NCBI GenBank assembly: GCA_963789955.1
Contig: CAWBMV010000034.1
Location: 128,001-192,000 of the forward strand
DNA from: an uncultured Candidatus Rokubacteria bacterium
GTDB taxonomy: Bacteria > Methylomirabilota > Methylomirabilia > Rokubacteriales > CSP1-6
DNA: 64,000 nt
Reading direction: 5' to 3'
Shown here one piece after another: positions 20,140 through 31,330 of the stretch. A model generated the notes under the pieces. It was given only the letters and a program-made list of their open reading frames with translations. It did not search any database and was not told the DNA's origin. The position numbers were made by a program, and so were the translations under genes. Numbering within the stretch: the stretch's first letter is position 1; the number at the start of each line of letters is the position of its first letter.

Positions 20140-21150
20140 ATGGCCCGCCGCGCGCCGCTGCTCTGGCTGCTCTCCGCCATCGTGCTGATCGTGCCGCTGG
20201 CGTACGGTCTCTATCCCGTGCGCAGCGCGGTCGAAGGCGTCGGGACGATCGAGCCGTTGTTCGAGGACCTCGTTCTCATCACGTCGGACTTCTCCGGCAT
20301 CGTCACCCGAATGCGCGTCGGTCTCCGGCAGGACGTCGATCGAGGCGAGCCGCTGTTCGAGTACCTGCCGGAAGGCCAGTGGGCGGTGCATCGGCTGCGG
20401 CGGCATGTCGCGGCCGAGCGGATCAAACCCCGCCGAACCGGCGCCGGCTCGAGCCGGAATGGTACCGTCGAGGGGAACCGGCGGCATGTGGCCCGAGCGG
20501 AGGCGATGCGCGACTGGATGAAGCGCGTCTATTCGCGGCCGCGGCCACTCGCGTGGGAGGGTCTCCTCGAGCAGCGCCTCAACGCGAAGATCGATCGCGA
20601 AGACCGGCGTCGCGATGGAGGAGGCGCAGGCTGCCGAGAACGTGCGGCTCGGGCGCGCGGATTTCAACCTGGTCCAGGTCATCGATCGCGGAGTCGGAAT
20701 GTATCGAGCCACCGAAGATGGCGAACCGTTCCCGAGCGCGATCGCGGGACATGGTCTATTCGCTCTGGATCACGCGGCGGTTTCAGTTCTCGGGCGCGGC
20801 GGCGCTGGGCGAGATCATGAGACCGGAGACTCCGCTCGAGGTGTTCGGGCTGGTCCCGATTCCGCCGCCGGCGCTCCGAGAGCTTCCCGGGTGGCGTGCC
20901 AGCCTCACGCCGCCCGGCGAGCGAACGCCCGTGCCCCTGGTGGTCAGCGCGATCGAGTTCGGCCACGTGCCGATCGATGCGGCGCGGCGCGAAGCTGATC
21001 TTCCCGGACCTGCCGGTCACCCGTGACAGCGTCTTCGTGCGTCTGAGGCTCGCCGAAGCGCCGCCGCGCGAGCGATGGGGCGCGCCGCTCCTGATCACGT
21101 TGACGTCGCCCGCGCGTCCTCGCCTGTGGCGCTGGCTCAGCGGCGCCTAG
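20140..21150 (+). CDS. Hypothetical membrane-anchored protein, HlyD/membrane-fusion-like N-terminus, multiply frameshifted
   Basis: N-terminal TM helix then EGVGTIEP...ITSDFSGIV..V...VDRGEPLF (half-lipoyl-like). Continuation is spread over frames. Confidence 0.45.
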
Positions 21151-21183
21151 TCCTCCTCGTTGGGAGTGGTAGGCTAGCGATTC

Positions 21184-22836
21184 ATGGTCGACACCTTGCT
21201 GCCGCACGGCGAGAGCTACGGCGACGTCTACGCCCGCTTTCGCTGGACGATCCCGCCCGTCTACAACATCGCCATCGACGTCTGCGATCGCCACGCCGGC
21301 GATCGCTCGCGTGTCGCGCTCGTCTACGAGGACGACGCGGGCTCGGTGAGCGAGCACACGTTCGCCGAGTTTCGCGCCCGCTCGAACCAGCTGGCGCGCG
21401 TCTTCGCCGGTCTCGGGATCGTGCGCGGCGATCGGGTCGGCATCGTGCTTCCGCAGCGGCCGGAGACCGCGGTCGCTCATCTGGCGGCGTACAAGCTCGG
21501 CGCCGTCGCGCTGCCGCTGTCGACGCTGTTCGGCCCCGAGGCCCTCGAGTACCGGTTGCGCGACGCCGGCGCGAAGATCGTCGTGACGGACGCCGAGAAT
21601 CTCGACCGCGTGCTGGCCGTCTCCAAGGGCTTGCCCGCGCTCACGCGCGTGATCTCGGTCGACCGCGCCGATGCCGACGGCGTGATCGAGTACGCCAGGG
21701 CGATCGCGCGTGAGTCCGACTCGCTCGAGCCGGTCGCCACCGCGGCCGAGGATCCGGCGATCCTCATCTACACGTCGGGGACGACCGGGCCGCCGAAAGG
21801 CGCGCTGCACGCCCATCGCGTGCTCCTGGGCCATCTGCCGGCGATCGAGTTCTATCACGAGTATTTTCCCAAGCCCGGCGACCGCCACTGGAGCCCCGCG
21901 GACTGGGCGTGGGCCGGCGGACTGCTCGACGTGCTGCTCCCGAGCTGGCACTACGGCGTGCCGGTCGTCGCCCATCGCCCGAAGAAGTTCGACGCCGAGC
22001 GCGCCTTCGACGTCCTCGCGCGGCACAGGGTCCGCAACACGTTCCTCGTGCCGACGATGCTCAAGATGATGCGTTCCGTCGGCGACCCGCGCGGGCGGTA
22101 CGCTCTCGAGCTGCGCTCGATGTTCACGGGCGGCGAGGCCGTGGGCGAAGAGGTGATCCGGTGGTCGCGCGAGGCGCTCGGCGTCACGCCGCACGAAGGA
22201 TTCGGGCAGACCGAGGTGAACCTCGTCCTCGGCAATTGCTCGCTCCTGATGCCGGTGAAGCCCGGATCGATGGGGCGCCCGGTCCCCGGCCACGTCGTCG
22301 ACGTCGTGGACGACAAGGGCGCGGCCGTCCCGGCCGGCGAGGTCGGCGAGGTGGCGGTGCGCCGCCCGGATCCCGTGATGTTCTTGCGGTACTGGAACAA
22401 CGAGACGGCGACCCGCGAGAAGTTCGCCGGCGACTGGGCGCTCACGGGCGATCTCGCGCGGAAGGACAGCGACGGCTATTTCTGGTTCGTCGGCCGCAAG
22501 GACGATTTGATCTCGAGCGGCGGCTACCGCATCGGCCCGAGCGAGATCGAGGACTGTCTGCACGGGCACCCGGCGGTCGCGCTCGCCGCGGCGATCGGCG
22601 CGCCCGACCCGGTGCGCGGCGAGGTGGTCAAGGCGTTCGTCCAGCTCCACCCGGGGGGCGCCGGCACGGCCGAGCTGGCGCGCGACCTCCAGGCCTGGGT
22701 GCGCACGCGCCTTTCCGCGCACGAATACCCACGTGAGATAGAATTCATCGAAGCGATTCCGGTGACGACGACGGGCAAGGTGCGGCGCGCCGACCTGAGG
22801 CAGCTCGAACGCCGGCGACGCGGACTGGAGACCTGA
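21184..22836 (+). CDS. Acyl-CoA synthetase (AMP-forming)
   Basis: YTSGTTGPPKG, EGFGQTE, TGD, GRKDD, TTTGK. Confidence 0.92.
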   Translation: MVDTLLPHGESYGDVYARFRWTIPPVYNIAIDVCDRHAGDRSRVALVYEDDAGSVSEHTFAEFRARSNQLARVFAGLGIVRGDRVGIVLPQRPETAVAHLAAYKLGAVALPLSTLFGPEALEYRLRDAGAKIVVTDAENLDRVLAVSKGLPALTRVISVDRADADGVIEYARAIARESDSLEPVATAAEDPAILIYTSGTTGPPKGALHAHRVLLGHLPAIEFYHEYFPKPGDRHWSPADWAWAGGLLDVLLPSWHYGVPVVAHRPKKFDAERAFDVLARHRVRNTFLVPTMLKMMRSVGDPRGRYALELRSMFTGGEAVGEEVIRWSREALGVTPHEGFGQTEVNLVLGNCSLLMPVKPGSMGRPVPGHVVDVVDDKGAAVPAGEVGEVAVRRPDPVMFLRYWNNETATREKFAGDWALTGDLARKDSDGYFWFVGRKDDLISSGGYRIGPSEIEDCLHGHPAVALAAAIGAPDPVRGEVVKAFVQLHPGGAGTAELARDLQAWVRTRLSAHEYPREIEFIEAIPVTTTGKVRRADLRQLERRRRGLET

Positions 22837-22837
22837 G

Positions 22838-23824
22838 ATGGGCTACGACTACAAGAAGCACTTCGGCGAGATCCTCCTGACGGAAGACCTGACAACCTTG
22901 CCGGAGGAACGGACGTGGCGCCAGCAGGCCCCCGAGAAGGAGGCGGAGCCGCACCAGATCGTGCTCTACCTCGGCTGCAACGTGCTGCGCACCTCGCACA
23001 TGATCCGCACGGTCACCGCGATCTTCGACCGGCTCGGGCTCGACTACGTCGCCGTCGGCGGTCCGACCTACTGCTGTGGCATCGTCCACCACCGAAACGG
23101 CGACACCGCGGCGTCGGGCGGGATGAACAAGCGCACCGTCGAGCTCTTCCAGCGCTACAAGCCCGAAGAGGTCGTGATGTGGTGCCCGTCGTGCATGTTC
23201 TTCTACGACGAGATCCAGAAGTTCCCGTGGCCGTTCCCGGTGCGTCACACGACCGAGTTCCTGGCCGATCGTCTGCCGTCGATCAATTTCACGCACCGGG
23301 TCGACCAGACGGTGGCGCTCCACTATCACAGCCAGAGCGCGCCGCGCCTGCGTGAAGGCGCCGCGGGGCGCCGTCTGCTCGAAGCGGTGCCCGGTCTGCG
23401 TGTCGTCGACGTGGGGTCCGAGCCGCGGCTCGGCCGTCTCTGCACCGCGGACGTGCAGGCGCAGCTCGGCCAGGACGTCTGGGACGCGCTGATCCGCGAC
23501 GAGATCGCTCGGGCGCGCGCCGGCGGCGCCGAGACGCTCGCGACGATCTATCACGGCTGCCAGCGGCTCATGTGCGGCTTCGAGGCCGAAGGCCAGCTCG
23601 CGATCGAGCACTATCTCTCGGTGTTCGCGCGCGGCCTCGGCATCGAGTTCGAGGATCGGTACAAGACGTTCCGCCTCTGGCAGGATCCGGAGCGTGTCCT
23701 GGAGGAGTCCACCCCGTGCCAGACCGCGAATCACGTCGATTCGGCGCGCGCGCGACAGCTGGTCGAGAAGACCTTCGGGCGCATCACCGTGACACCGGAC
23801 GGGAGAACCGGGGCCGCGTCGTAA
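22838..23824 (+). CDS. Stand-alone CCG-domain Fe-S protein (HdrB/GlcF-related)
   Basis: YLGC, CCG, WCPSC. Second repeat is degenerate (LC...YHGC). Confidence 0.7.
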   Translation: MGYDYKKHFGEILLTEDLTTLPEERTWRQQAPEKEAEPHQIVLYLGCNVLRTSHMIRTVTAIFDRLGLDYVAVGGPTYCCGIVHHRNGDTAASGGMNKRTVELFQRYKPEEVVMWCPSCMFFYDEIQKFPWPFPVRHTTEFLADRLPSINFTHRVDQTVALHYHSQSAPRLREGAAGRRLLEAVPGLRVVDVGSEPRLGRLCTADVQAQLGQDVWDALIRDEIARARAGGAETLATIYHGCQRLMCGFEAEGQLAIEHYLSVFARGLGIEFEDRYKTFRLWQDPERVLEESTPCQTANHVDSARARQLVEKTFGRITVTPDGRTGAAS

Positions 23825-23855
23825 GCGCGCCACGCTCGGCGGCCGGCAAACGCTA

Positions 23856-24875
23856 GTGGAGATCGGGCTCTTCACCGAGTTCGAGTGGCGGCCGGGAGTC
23901 GACGAGGCCCAGGCCTTCGACGACTCGTTGATCCAGGCGACCGTCGCCGAGGACCTCGGCTACGACGCCGTGTGGCTGGCCGAGCTGCACTTCCAGAAGG
24001 AACGCTCGGTCCTGTCCTCACCCCTCGTCGTCGGCGCGACGATCGCCGGCCGGACGAAGCGCCTGAAGATCGGGTTCGCCGTCCAGGTGCTGCCCTTGAT
24101 CCATCCGCTGCGCCTCGCCGAGGACGTCGCGACGCTCGATCACGTCAGCAAAGGACGACTCGAGTTCGGCGTGGGCCGAAGCGGTCTGCCCGAGCACTAC
24201 ACGGGCTTCAGCATCCCCTACGAGGAAAGCCAGGAGCGATTCGACGAGACGCTCGAGATCCTCCTGAAGGCGTGGACCGAGGAGCGGTTCACGTACGAGG
24301 GCAAGTACTTTCAGTTCCACGACGTCTGCGCGATCCCCAAGCCGTACCAGAAGCCGCACCCGCCGCTCCGCGTCGCGGCGACGTCCGAGGAGTCGTACGC
24401 GGCCGTCGGACGCCGCGGGCTGCCGATCTTCCTGGCGGTGAGGACGTCGAGCATCAGCGAGCTGGAGAGTTACGTCGGCGCCTATCATGCCGCCTGGCGC
24501 GAGGCCGGCCACCGCGGCCGTGGCGAGGTGGCCGCGATCCTGCCGGTCTACGTCGCCGAGACGGAGCGCGCCGCGCGGGAGGAGACCGAGGCGAGCGCGA
24601 TGCACTTCTTTCGCTCGGTCGGTGACGCGCTCGCCGCCGGTCCGCGACACGCGGTCGGGGAGCGCCTGCGCCGCCTGAGCTTCGACGAGGTCCTGAAGGA
24701 CTACGCTGTCTACGGCACGGCCGAGCGCGTCGTCGATCGCATCGAAGAGCTGCGCGCGGCCATCGGCTTCACGAAGCTCGCCGTCTGGATGAACGTCGGC
24801 TCGCGCGTGCCGCAGGAGCGCGTGCTGGCCTCGATGCGGCGCTTCGCCGAGCTCGTGGCCCCGCGGCTCACCTAG
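23856..24875 (+). CDS. LLM-class flavin-dependent oxidoreductase
   Basis: WLAELHF, HPLRLAEDVATLD, GRLEFGVGRS, PKPYQKPHPP. Confidence 0.9.
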   Translation: MEIGLFTEFEWRPGVDEAQAFDDSLIQATVAEDLGYDAVWLAELHFQKERSVLSSPLVVGATIAGRTKRLKIGFAVQVLPLIHPLRLAEDVATLDHVSKGRLEFGVGRSGLPEHYTGFSIPYEESQERFDETLEILLKAWTEERFTYEGKYFQFHDVCAIPKPYQKPHPPLRVAATSEESYAAVGRRGLPIFLAVRTSSISELESYVGAYHAAWREAGHRGRGEVAAILPVYVAETERAAREETEASAMHFFRSVGDALAAGPRHAVGERLRRLSFDEVLKDYAVYGTAERVVDRIEELRAAIGFTKLAVWMNVGSRVPQERVLASMRRFAELVAPRLT

Positions 24876-24917
24876 CCGCTCGCGGGGCCGCCCGGACCCC
24901 GGCTCACGCGCGGCCGC

Positions 24918-26586
24918 CTACACGAACGAGGGGTCGATCCTGACGTCGACGAGGTGCGGACCACCGCTGGCGAGGGCCCGGCCGACCGCCGGCCCGATGT
25001 CCGACGTCTTCTCCACCCGCGTGCCGGGAACGCCGAGCGAGCGGGCCAGGCCGACGAAATCGATCTGCGGGCGGTCGAGGTCCATCGCGACGTAGTGATC
25101 GTCCTCGGCCGAGAAGCCCTTCAACGCCTTCGTCCGCTGCTTCAGGATCCGGTACGATGTGTTGTTGAAGATGACGTAGACGACCGCGAGCGATTCGCGC
25201 GCCGCCGTCCAGAGAGCCTGGTTCGTGTACATCGAGCTTCCGTCGCCGACCAGCGCGACGACCGGCCGATTCGGCAGCGCGAGCTTCACGCCGAGTGCGG
25301 CCGGCAGCCCCCAGCCGATGCCGCCGCCCCGCAGCCCGAAGAAGCTCTTCGAGTCGGCGCACGTGAAGAAGTGACGGATGCCCTGCGAGGACGAGATCGC
25401 CTCGTCGACGATGACCGCGTCGGGCGGCGTGACCTTCGAGACCTCGTGCATCAAGGTCAGGGGAGAGATCGGCACGCGCGAGGCTTCGGCCTCGGCGCGC
25501 TTCGTCAGCTCCGCGCGCTCGGCCGCGAACGCCGCGGTGACGGCCTCCCGGCGCCGGGCGGCCAGGGGATGACCGTTCTTGCCGGTGTTGCGCCGGATCG
25601 CCTCGGCCAGCTCGGGCAGGGTGGCCTTGGGCTCGCCGAAGATCGCCACCTCGGCCGGATAGTTCTTGCCGAGCTCCCACGGGTTCACGTCGAGATGCAC
25701 GACCTTGAGCCCGGGCGGCATCGGATCGACGTCGTCGGGCAAGGAGAGCGTGAAGAGATCGCCGCCGACCGAGAACAGCAGGTCGTGGCGCATCAGGAGC
25801 GCGCGGATCGTCGGGCCGATGCGCGGCATCGAGCCGGCGTGGAGCGGATGCTTGAACGGGAACGAGCACGTGCTCGCGATCCCTTCCGCGATCACCGGCG
25901 CGCCCAGCAGCTCGGCCACCTCGGCGAGCTCCGCCAGCGCGTCGCCATGCGCGACCGCGTCGCCCGCGATGATCAGCGGGTTCTGCGCCTTGGCCAAGAG
26001 CTCGGCGGCGCGCGCGACGCCGCGCGATCACCGACGATGCGCGGGCGACGCGCGTGGGCGCGCCGAGATCCAGATCGCGCTCGGCGTTCAGCACGTCGAC
26101 CGGCAGCGAGAGGAAGACGGGCCCGCTCGGGTGCGAGAAGGCGGTCTTCACCGCGCGGTGCACGATGCGCGGCAGGTCCTCGAGCCGGCGCGCCTCGGTC
26201 GACCACTTCACGAGCGGCGCGGCCATCGGCGGCAGATCCGACCAGAGGATCGGCTCGGTCACGTTGAATCCCTGATCGTGCTGGCCCGCGGTGAGCAGCA
26301 TCGGCGCGCCCGACTTGCTCGCGTCGTAGAGCATCCCCATCGCGTTGCCGAGCCCGGGCGACACGTGCACGTTCACGGCCGCGAGGCCGCCGCTGGCCTG
26401 CGCGTAGGCATCGGCCATCGCGATCGCGACGGCCTCCTGCAGCGCCAGCACGTAGTGGATGCCGGGCTCGCGCGCGAGCCCGTCCATCAGCGGCAATTCC
26501 GTCGTGCCGGGATTGCCGAACATGACCGAGACGCCTTCCTGCTTGAGGATCTTGAGGAACGCTTGCTTGCCGGTGATGTATGCCAT
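24918..26586 (-). CDS. Thiamine-diphosphate enzyme, benzoylformate decarboxylase-like, frameshifted near 26030
   Basis: FGNPGTTELP, LALQE, PGLGNAMG, GIGWGLPAALG, GDGSSMY...NN. Confidence 0.88.
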
Positions 26587-26612
26587 GGTTCGCAGATGGT
26601 AAGCTCATTTTC
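26587..26612. promoter_or_regulatory. Bidirectional -10 pair sharing one TA (TPP enzyme / hemE)
   Basis: ATGG-TA-AGCT: plus TG-G-TAAGCT 26600-05, 7 nt to GTG 26613; minus TACCAT 26601-26596, 9 nt to ATG 26586. Confidence 0.6.
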
Positions 26613-27650
26613 GTGTCACTTCCAGATGCGGCACTCCTGCGCGCCGCGCGCCGCCAGCCGACGTCCTACACGCCGGTATGGCTCATGCGGCAGGCCGGCC
26701 GCTACATGCCGGAGTACCGCGCGATGCGCGAGCGCTACGGCTTTCTCGAGCTCGCGCGCAATCCCGAGGCGGCGGCCGAGGTCACCTTGCAACCGATCGC
26801 GCGCCTCGGCGTCGACGCGGCGATCCTCTTCGCCGACATTCTCTTGATCGTCGAGCCGCTCGGCGTCGGGCTCGAGTTCGCGAAGGGCGAGGGCCCGGTC
26901 ATCCATCGGCCCGTGCGCAGCGAAGCCGCGATCGCGCGCCTGCCGCGCGTCGACGTCGACGCCGCGGTGCCGTTCGTGTTCGAGGCGGTACGCCGCGTGA
27001 AGCAGGCGCTCGCCGGCAAGGTGCCGCTGATCGGCTTCGCCGGCGCGCCGTTCACGGTCGCGTCCTATGTGGTCGAGGGCGGACCGTCGCGCGACTATCT
27101 GCACACCAAGCGCCTCATGTACGAGGAGCCCGAGGGCTGGAGCCGGCTCATGGGGATTCTCGTCGACGCGACCGCGAAGTATCTCAACGGGCAGATCGCG
27201 GCCGGCGCGGAGGCCGTCCAGATCTTCGATTCGTGGGTCGGCGTCCTGGCGCCGGAGGACTACCGCACGTTCGTGCTGCCGCACACGCGCGCGCTGATCC
27301 GCGCGCTGACCCCCGGCATTCCGGTCATCCACTTCGGGACGGGCACCGCGTCGCTCTTGCCCTCGATGCGCGCGGCGGGTGGCGACGTGATCGGGCTGGA
27401 CTGGCGCGTGGATCTCGATGCGGGATGGACCGCGGTGGGCCACGATGTCGCCGTCCAGGGCAACCTCGATCCGGTCGTGCTGCTCTCGAAGCCCGCCTAC
27501 ATCCGCCAGCGCGTGAAAGACATCCTCGAGCGCGCCGGCGGCCGCCCCGGGCACATCTTCAACCTGGGCCACGGGATTCTTCCGCAGACGCCGGTGGAGC
27601 ACGCGCGCGCGCTCATCGAGATGGTTCACGAACTGTCCGACCGGCGATGA
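26613..27650 (+). CDS. hemE: Uroporphyrinogen decarboxylase
   Basis: PVWLMRQAGRYMPEY, DAAILFADIL, LIGFAGAPFT, QIFDSW, QGNLDP, FNLGHG. Confidence 0.96.
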   Translation: MSLPDAALLRAARRQPTSYTPVWLMRQAGRYMPEYRAMRERYGFLELARNPEAAAEVTLQPIARLGVDAAILFADILLIVEPLGVGLEFAKGEGPVIHRPVRSEAAIARLPRVDVDAAVPFVFEAVRRVKQALAGKVPLIGFAGAPFTVASYVVEGGPSRDYLHTKRLMYEEPEGWSRLMGILVDATAKYLNGQIAAGAEAVQIFDSWVGVLAPEDYRTFVLPHTRALIRALTPGIPVIHFGTGTASLLPSMRAAGGDVIGLDWRVDLDAGWTAVGHDVAVQGNLDPVVLLSKPAYIRQRVKDILERAGGRPGHIFNLGHGILPQTPVEHARALIEMVHELSDRR

Positions 27651-28592
27651 GCTTCATCGACTCGGTGCTGCTGGTCGCCTTCGGCGGCCCGACGGCGCCG
27701 CACGAGATCCGGCCCTTTCTCGAGATCGTCACGCCGCGGGCGCGGCATTCCGGCCGAGCGGCTCGAAGAGGTCGCGCACCACTACGAGCAGATGCCGGGG
27801 GGCCGCTCGCCGCTCACCGAGCTCACGTTCGCCCAGGCGCGCGGCCTCGAGAAAGCGCTGGCCGGCTCGGGGCCCGCGCTCCCGGTGTTCGTCGGGATGC
27901 GCAACTGGCACCCGTTCCTGCACGAGACGCTCACCGAGATGGCGGACAAGGGCGCGCGGCGGGCGCTCGCGGTCATTCTCTCGCCGCTTCGCACCGAGGC
28001 CTCGTGGGATCGCTACATGCAAGACGTCGCCGAGGCGCGGGCGCGCGTCAATGGCGCGCCCGAGGTCGGGTTCGCCCCGCCGTGGTTCGAGAACTCACGC
28101 TTCGTGGCGGCGGTGGCCGATCGCGCGCATGCGGCGCTCGCCGAAGTGCCCGCGGAGGCGCAGGCGTGGACGCCGCTCGTGTTCACGGCGCACAGCGTTC
28201 CCACGGCGATGGCCGACGTGTCGCCCTACGTGTCGGACCTGACGGCGGCGGTGCGCGCCGTGGTCAGGCGCCTGGGCCACCCGCGATGGTCGATCGCCTA
28301 TCAGAGCCGGAGCGGAAGCCCCAGACAGCCGTGGCTCGAGCCTGACGTCGGCGATGTGCTCCGCCGGCTGGCGGCCGACGGCGAGCATCACGCGGTCGTC
28401 GTGCCGATCGGCTTCGTGTGCGATCACGTCGAGGTGCTGTACGACCTCGACGTCGAGGCGCGCCGTGTCGCGGCCGGCGCCGGGCTCGAGCTTCATCGCG
28501 CGGCGGCGGTGAACGACCATCCCGAGTTCGTCGCGATGCTGGCCGATCTCGTCCGCGGGGCCCACGGCGGCGCCCGCGCCGGTCTGCGGTGA
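27647..28592 (+). CDS. hemH: Ferrochelatase, frameshifted near 27730
   Basis: VLLVAFGGP, GMRNWHP, FTAHSVP, YQSRSG, WLEPD, GFVCDHVEVLYDLD. Confidence 0.92.
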
Positions 28593-28617
28593 GGTCGGCG
28601 TCCGGCCGCACGGTGAG

Positions 28618-30025
28618 ATGGCGCGGCTGAAGCTCGTCGTCGTCGGCGGCGGGATCACCGGCCTCGCGGCGGCCCATCGCGCCGTCGAGGTGGCGCGCGA
28701 GCGCTCGACCGAGCTCGAGCTGACGCTCGTCGAGGCGCGTGATCGACTCGGCGGCACGATCGCGACCGAGCACAGCCGGTGGATTCCTCGTCGAGAGCGG
28801 CCCCGACTCGTTCCTCTCGGAAAAACCGTGGGCGCTGGCGCTGTGCCGGCGGCTCGGCGTCGAGCATCGGCTCGTGCGGACCGACGATCGCTTCAGAAAA
28901 GTCTTCGTCTGGCGCGCCGGACGCCTGCACGCGCTGCCCGACGGCTTCCAGCTCCTGGCGCCGACCAAGCTCGGGCCGTTCGTCAGGTCGGGGCTGTTCT
29001 CCTGGCCCGGCAAGCTCCGGATGGCCCTCGACCTCGTCATGCCGCGCGGTACGAGCGACGACGAGAGCCTCGGCGCCTTCGTGCGGCGCCGGCTCGGACG
29101 CGAGGCGCTGGAGCGGGTGGCCCAGCCGCTGGTGGCCGGGATCTACACGGCCGATCCCGACGATCTCTCACTGACGGCGACGATGCCGCGCTTCTCCGAG
29201 CTCGAGCGGCGCGAGCGGTCGATCATCCTCGGGCTCTGGCGCGCGAATCGCCGGGCGCCGCAGACGGGGACGAGCGGCGCGCGCTGGAGTCTCTTCGTGA
29301 CCTTCCAGAACGGCATGGAAGAGATGGTCACCTCGATCGCGTCGCGCCTGCCGCCGGGCGCGGTGCGGCTCAAGCATCGCGTGGACGGCATCGAGCGAAG
29401 CGGCCGGGGCTGGAGGGTGGTCGGCGGTCTGGGCCCCGCGCTCGAGGCCGACCACGTCATCGTGGCGGCCGAGTCCTACACCGCGAGCCGTCTGCTGCGG
29501 TACGTCGATCCGGCGCTGGCGACGTTGCTCGGCGAGATCCCGTACGCGTCGTCGGCGACGGTGAGCTTCGGCTATCGGCGCGCGGAGGTCCCGCATGCGC
29601 TCGACGGCTTCGGCATCGTGGTTCCACAAACCGAGCGCCGCTCCGTGTTCGCGTGCACGTTCTCGAGCGTGAAGTATCCAGGCCGCGCCCCCGAGGGCCA
29701 CGTGCTGCTCCGGTGCTTCGTCGGCGGCGCGCTGAACGAGGGCATTCTCGAGTCGGACGATTCCGCGCTGATCGCCGGCGCGCGAAACGAGCTACGCGAG
29801 CTTCTCGGCATCACCGGCGAGCCCGTGCTGTCGCGGGTGGCTCGCTGGACGAAGGCGATGCCGCAGTACCACGTCGGCCACGCGGGTCGCGTCGAGACGA
29901 TCGAGCGATGCGCCGCGGCACTCCCGGGACTTCATCTGGCCGGCGGGGCGTATCGCGGCGTCGGCATCGCCGACTGCGTCAGATCGGGCGAAGCCGCCGC
30001 CGAACAGGTCTTCGGCGCTCTCTAG
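28618..30025 (+). CDS. hemY: HemY-type (proto/copro)porphyrinogen oxidase, frameshifted near 28775
   Basis: VVGGGITGLAAA, E.GPDSF, AGIY, MPQYHVGH, GVGIADC. Confidence 0.92.
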
Positions 30026-30034
30026 CGCGCGCGG

Positions 30035-31246
30035 TCAGACGCTCGCGATCGTTCCCAGCTCGAGTAGCTCCTCGATTCGTTCCCTCGAATAGCCGAGCAC
30101 CTCCCCGAGGACCGCGCGCGTGTGCTCGCCGACGCGATACGGCGCGCCGCCGCGTGGCTTCACCGGCCGGCGGTCGACGTGAAACGGGACCGCGGTGATC
30201 CGCACCTTGCCGCGACCGGGATGCTCGATCTCGGGAAACGCCTGGCGCTCCGCCAGATGCGGGTGGGCGACCACCTCGGCGGGCGAGAGCACGGCGGAGG
30301 CGGGAACGCGCGCGGCGGTGAGCGTCTTCACCGCCTCCTCGACCGTCTTGAAGCGGTCGAGCCACGCGCAGATGATCGGGTGCAGCGCGGCCCAGTTCTC
30401 GCGGCGCCCCGCCGGGGTGGCGAAGCGCGCGTCCGACTCGAGGTCGGGCCGATTCATCATCGCCACGAGTCGCGGCCAGAGCTGCGGCGCCCCGACGGTC
30501 TGCATCGCCACGTGGCGGCCGCCGATGCCGTGAACGATCATGCCGGGCCGCGGGCCCGGATACTCCGAGCCGGCGTTCAGCATGCCCCCGTAGTTGATGT
30601 CCTCGGCGCCCACCATGCACTCGAGCATCGACACGTCGAGGTAGGCGCCGCGACCCGTCCGCGAGCGCCGCCAGAGCGCGGCCAGGATCGCGCCGAAGGC
30701 GTGGGTGCCGGCGAGCACGTCGGCGGCCTGCAGATATCCAGGCCGCGGCGCCGGGTCGGTCTGCTGCTCGAGATGCATGATGCCGGACATGGCGTTGACG
30801 ATGTGATGGAAGGCCGGCTGCAGCCGCAGCGGGCCGCTCTGACCGAAGCCGGAGATCGAGCAGTAGACGAGATCGGGCTTCACCGCCGAGAGCGCGGCGT
30901 AGTCGCAGCCGAGCTTCGCGACGACACCGGGCAGGAAGTTCTCGACCACGACGTCGGAGGCCCGCGCCAGGTCGACGACGACCTCCCGGGCCTTCGGGTG
31001 GGAGAGATCGAGCGCCAGGCTCGATTTGCCCGCGTTGATCCGAATGAAGTACGTGCCCTGATCGGTGCGGCCCTCTTCCATCTGGGCGTGGCCGCGACGG
31101 GTATCGTCGCCTTCGCCCGGGCGCTCGATCTTGATCACGCGCGCGCCGAGATCCGAGAGCAGCCGTGTGCAATACGGGCCGGCCAGCACGCGCGTGAAAT
31201 CGAGCACGGTGAGGCCGGCGAGAAGTGGATCGTCCGAACCGGGCAT
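30035..31246 (-). CDS. Family III CoA transferase (CaiB/BaiF)
   Basis: LDFTRVLAGPYCT.LLSDLGA.VIKIE, NAGK, DVVVENF.PG, SISGFGQ.GP, catalytic-position Asp in AADVLAG. Confidence 0.92.
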   Translation of the reverse strand: MPGSDDPLLAGLTVLDFTRVLAGPYCTRLLSDLGARVIKIERPGEGDDTRRGHAQMEEGRTDQGTYFIRINAGKSSLALDLSHPKAREVVVDLARASDVVVENFLPGVVAKLGCDYAALSAVKPDLVYCSISGFGQSGPLRLQPAFHHIVNAMSGIMHLEQQTDPAPRPGYLQAADVLAGTHAFGAILAALWRRSRTGRGAYLDVSMLECMVGAEDINYGGMLNAGSEYPGPRPGMIVHGIGGRHVAMQTVGAPQLWPRLVAMMNRPDLESDARFATPAGRRENWAALHPIICAWLDRFKTVEEAVKTLTAARVPASAVLSPAEVVAHPHLAERQAFPEIEHPGRGKVRITAVPFHVDRRPVKPRGGAPYRVGEHTRAVLGEVLGYSRERIEELLELGTIASV

Positions 31247-31330
31247 GGGCGGTCTCCTTTTGGGCCTCGCCTTCGCGCATTCGGTCCATTAGTCTAGCAG
31301 GGCATTCGATCGGAACCGGGGAGGACACAC

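Noticed and set aside
26613..30025. Frameshifts in hemH/hemY (also citrate synthase, murQ) as programmed frameshifting or pseudogenes
   Set aside because: Indels are scattered across unrelated conserved genes with intact motifs and no slippery sites, so sequencing error is the simpler explanation.
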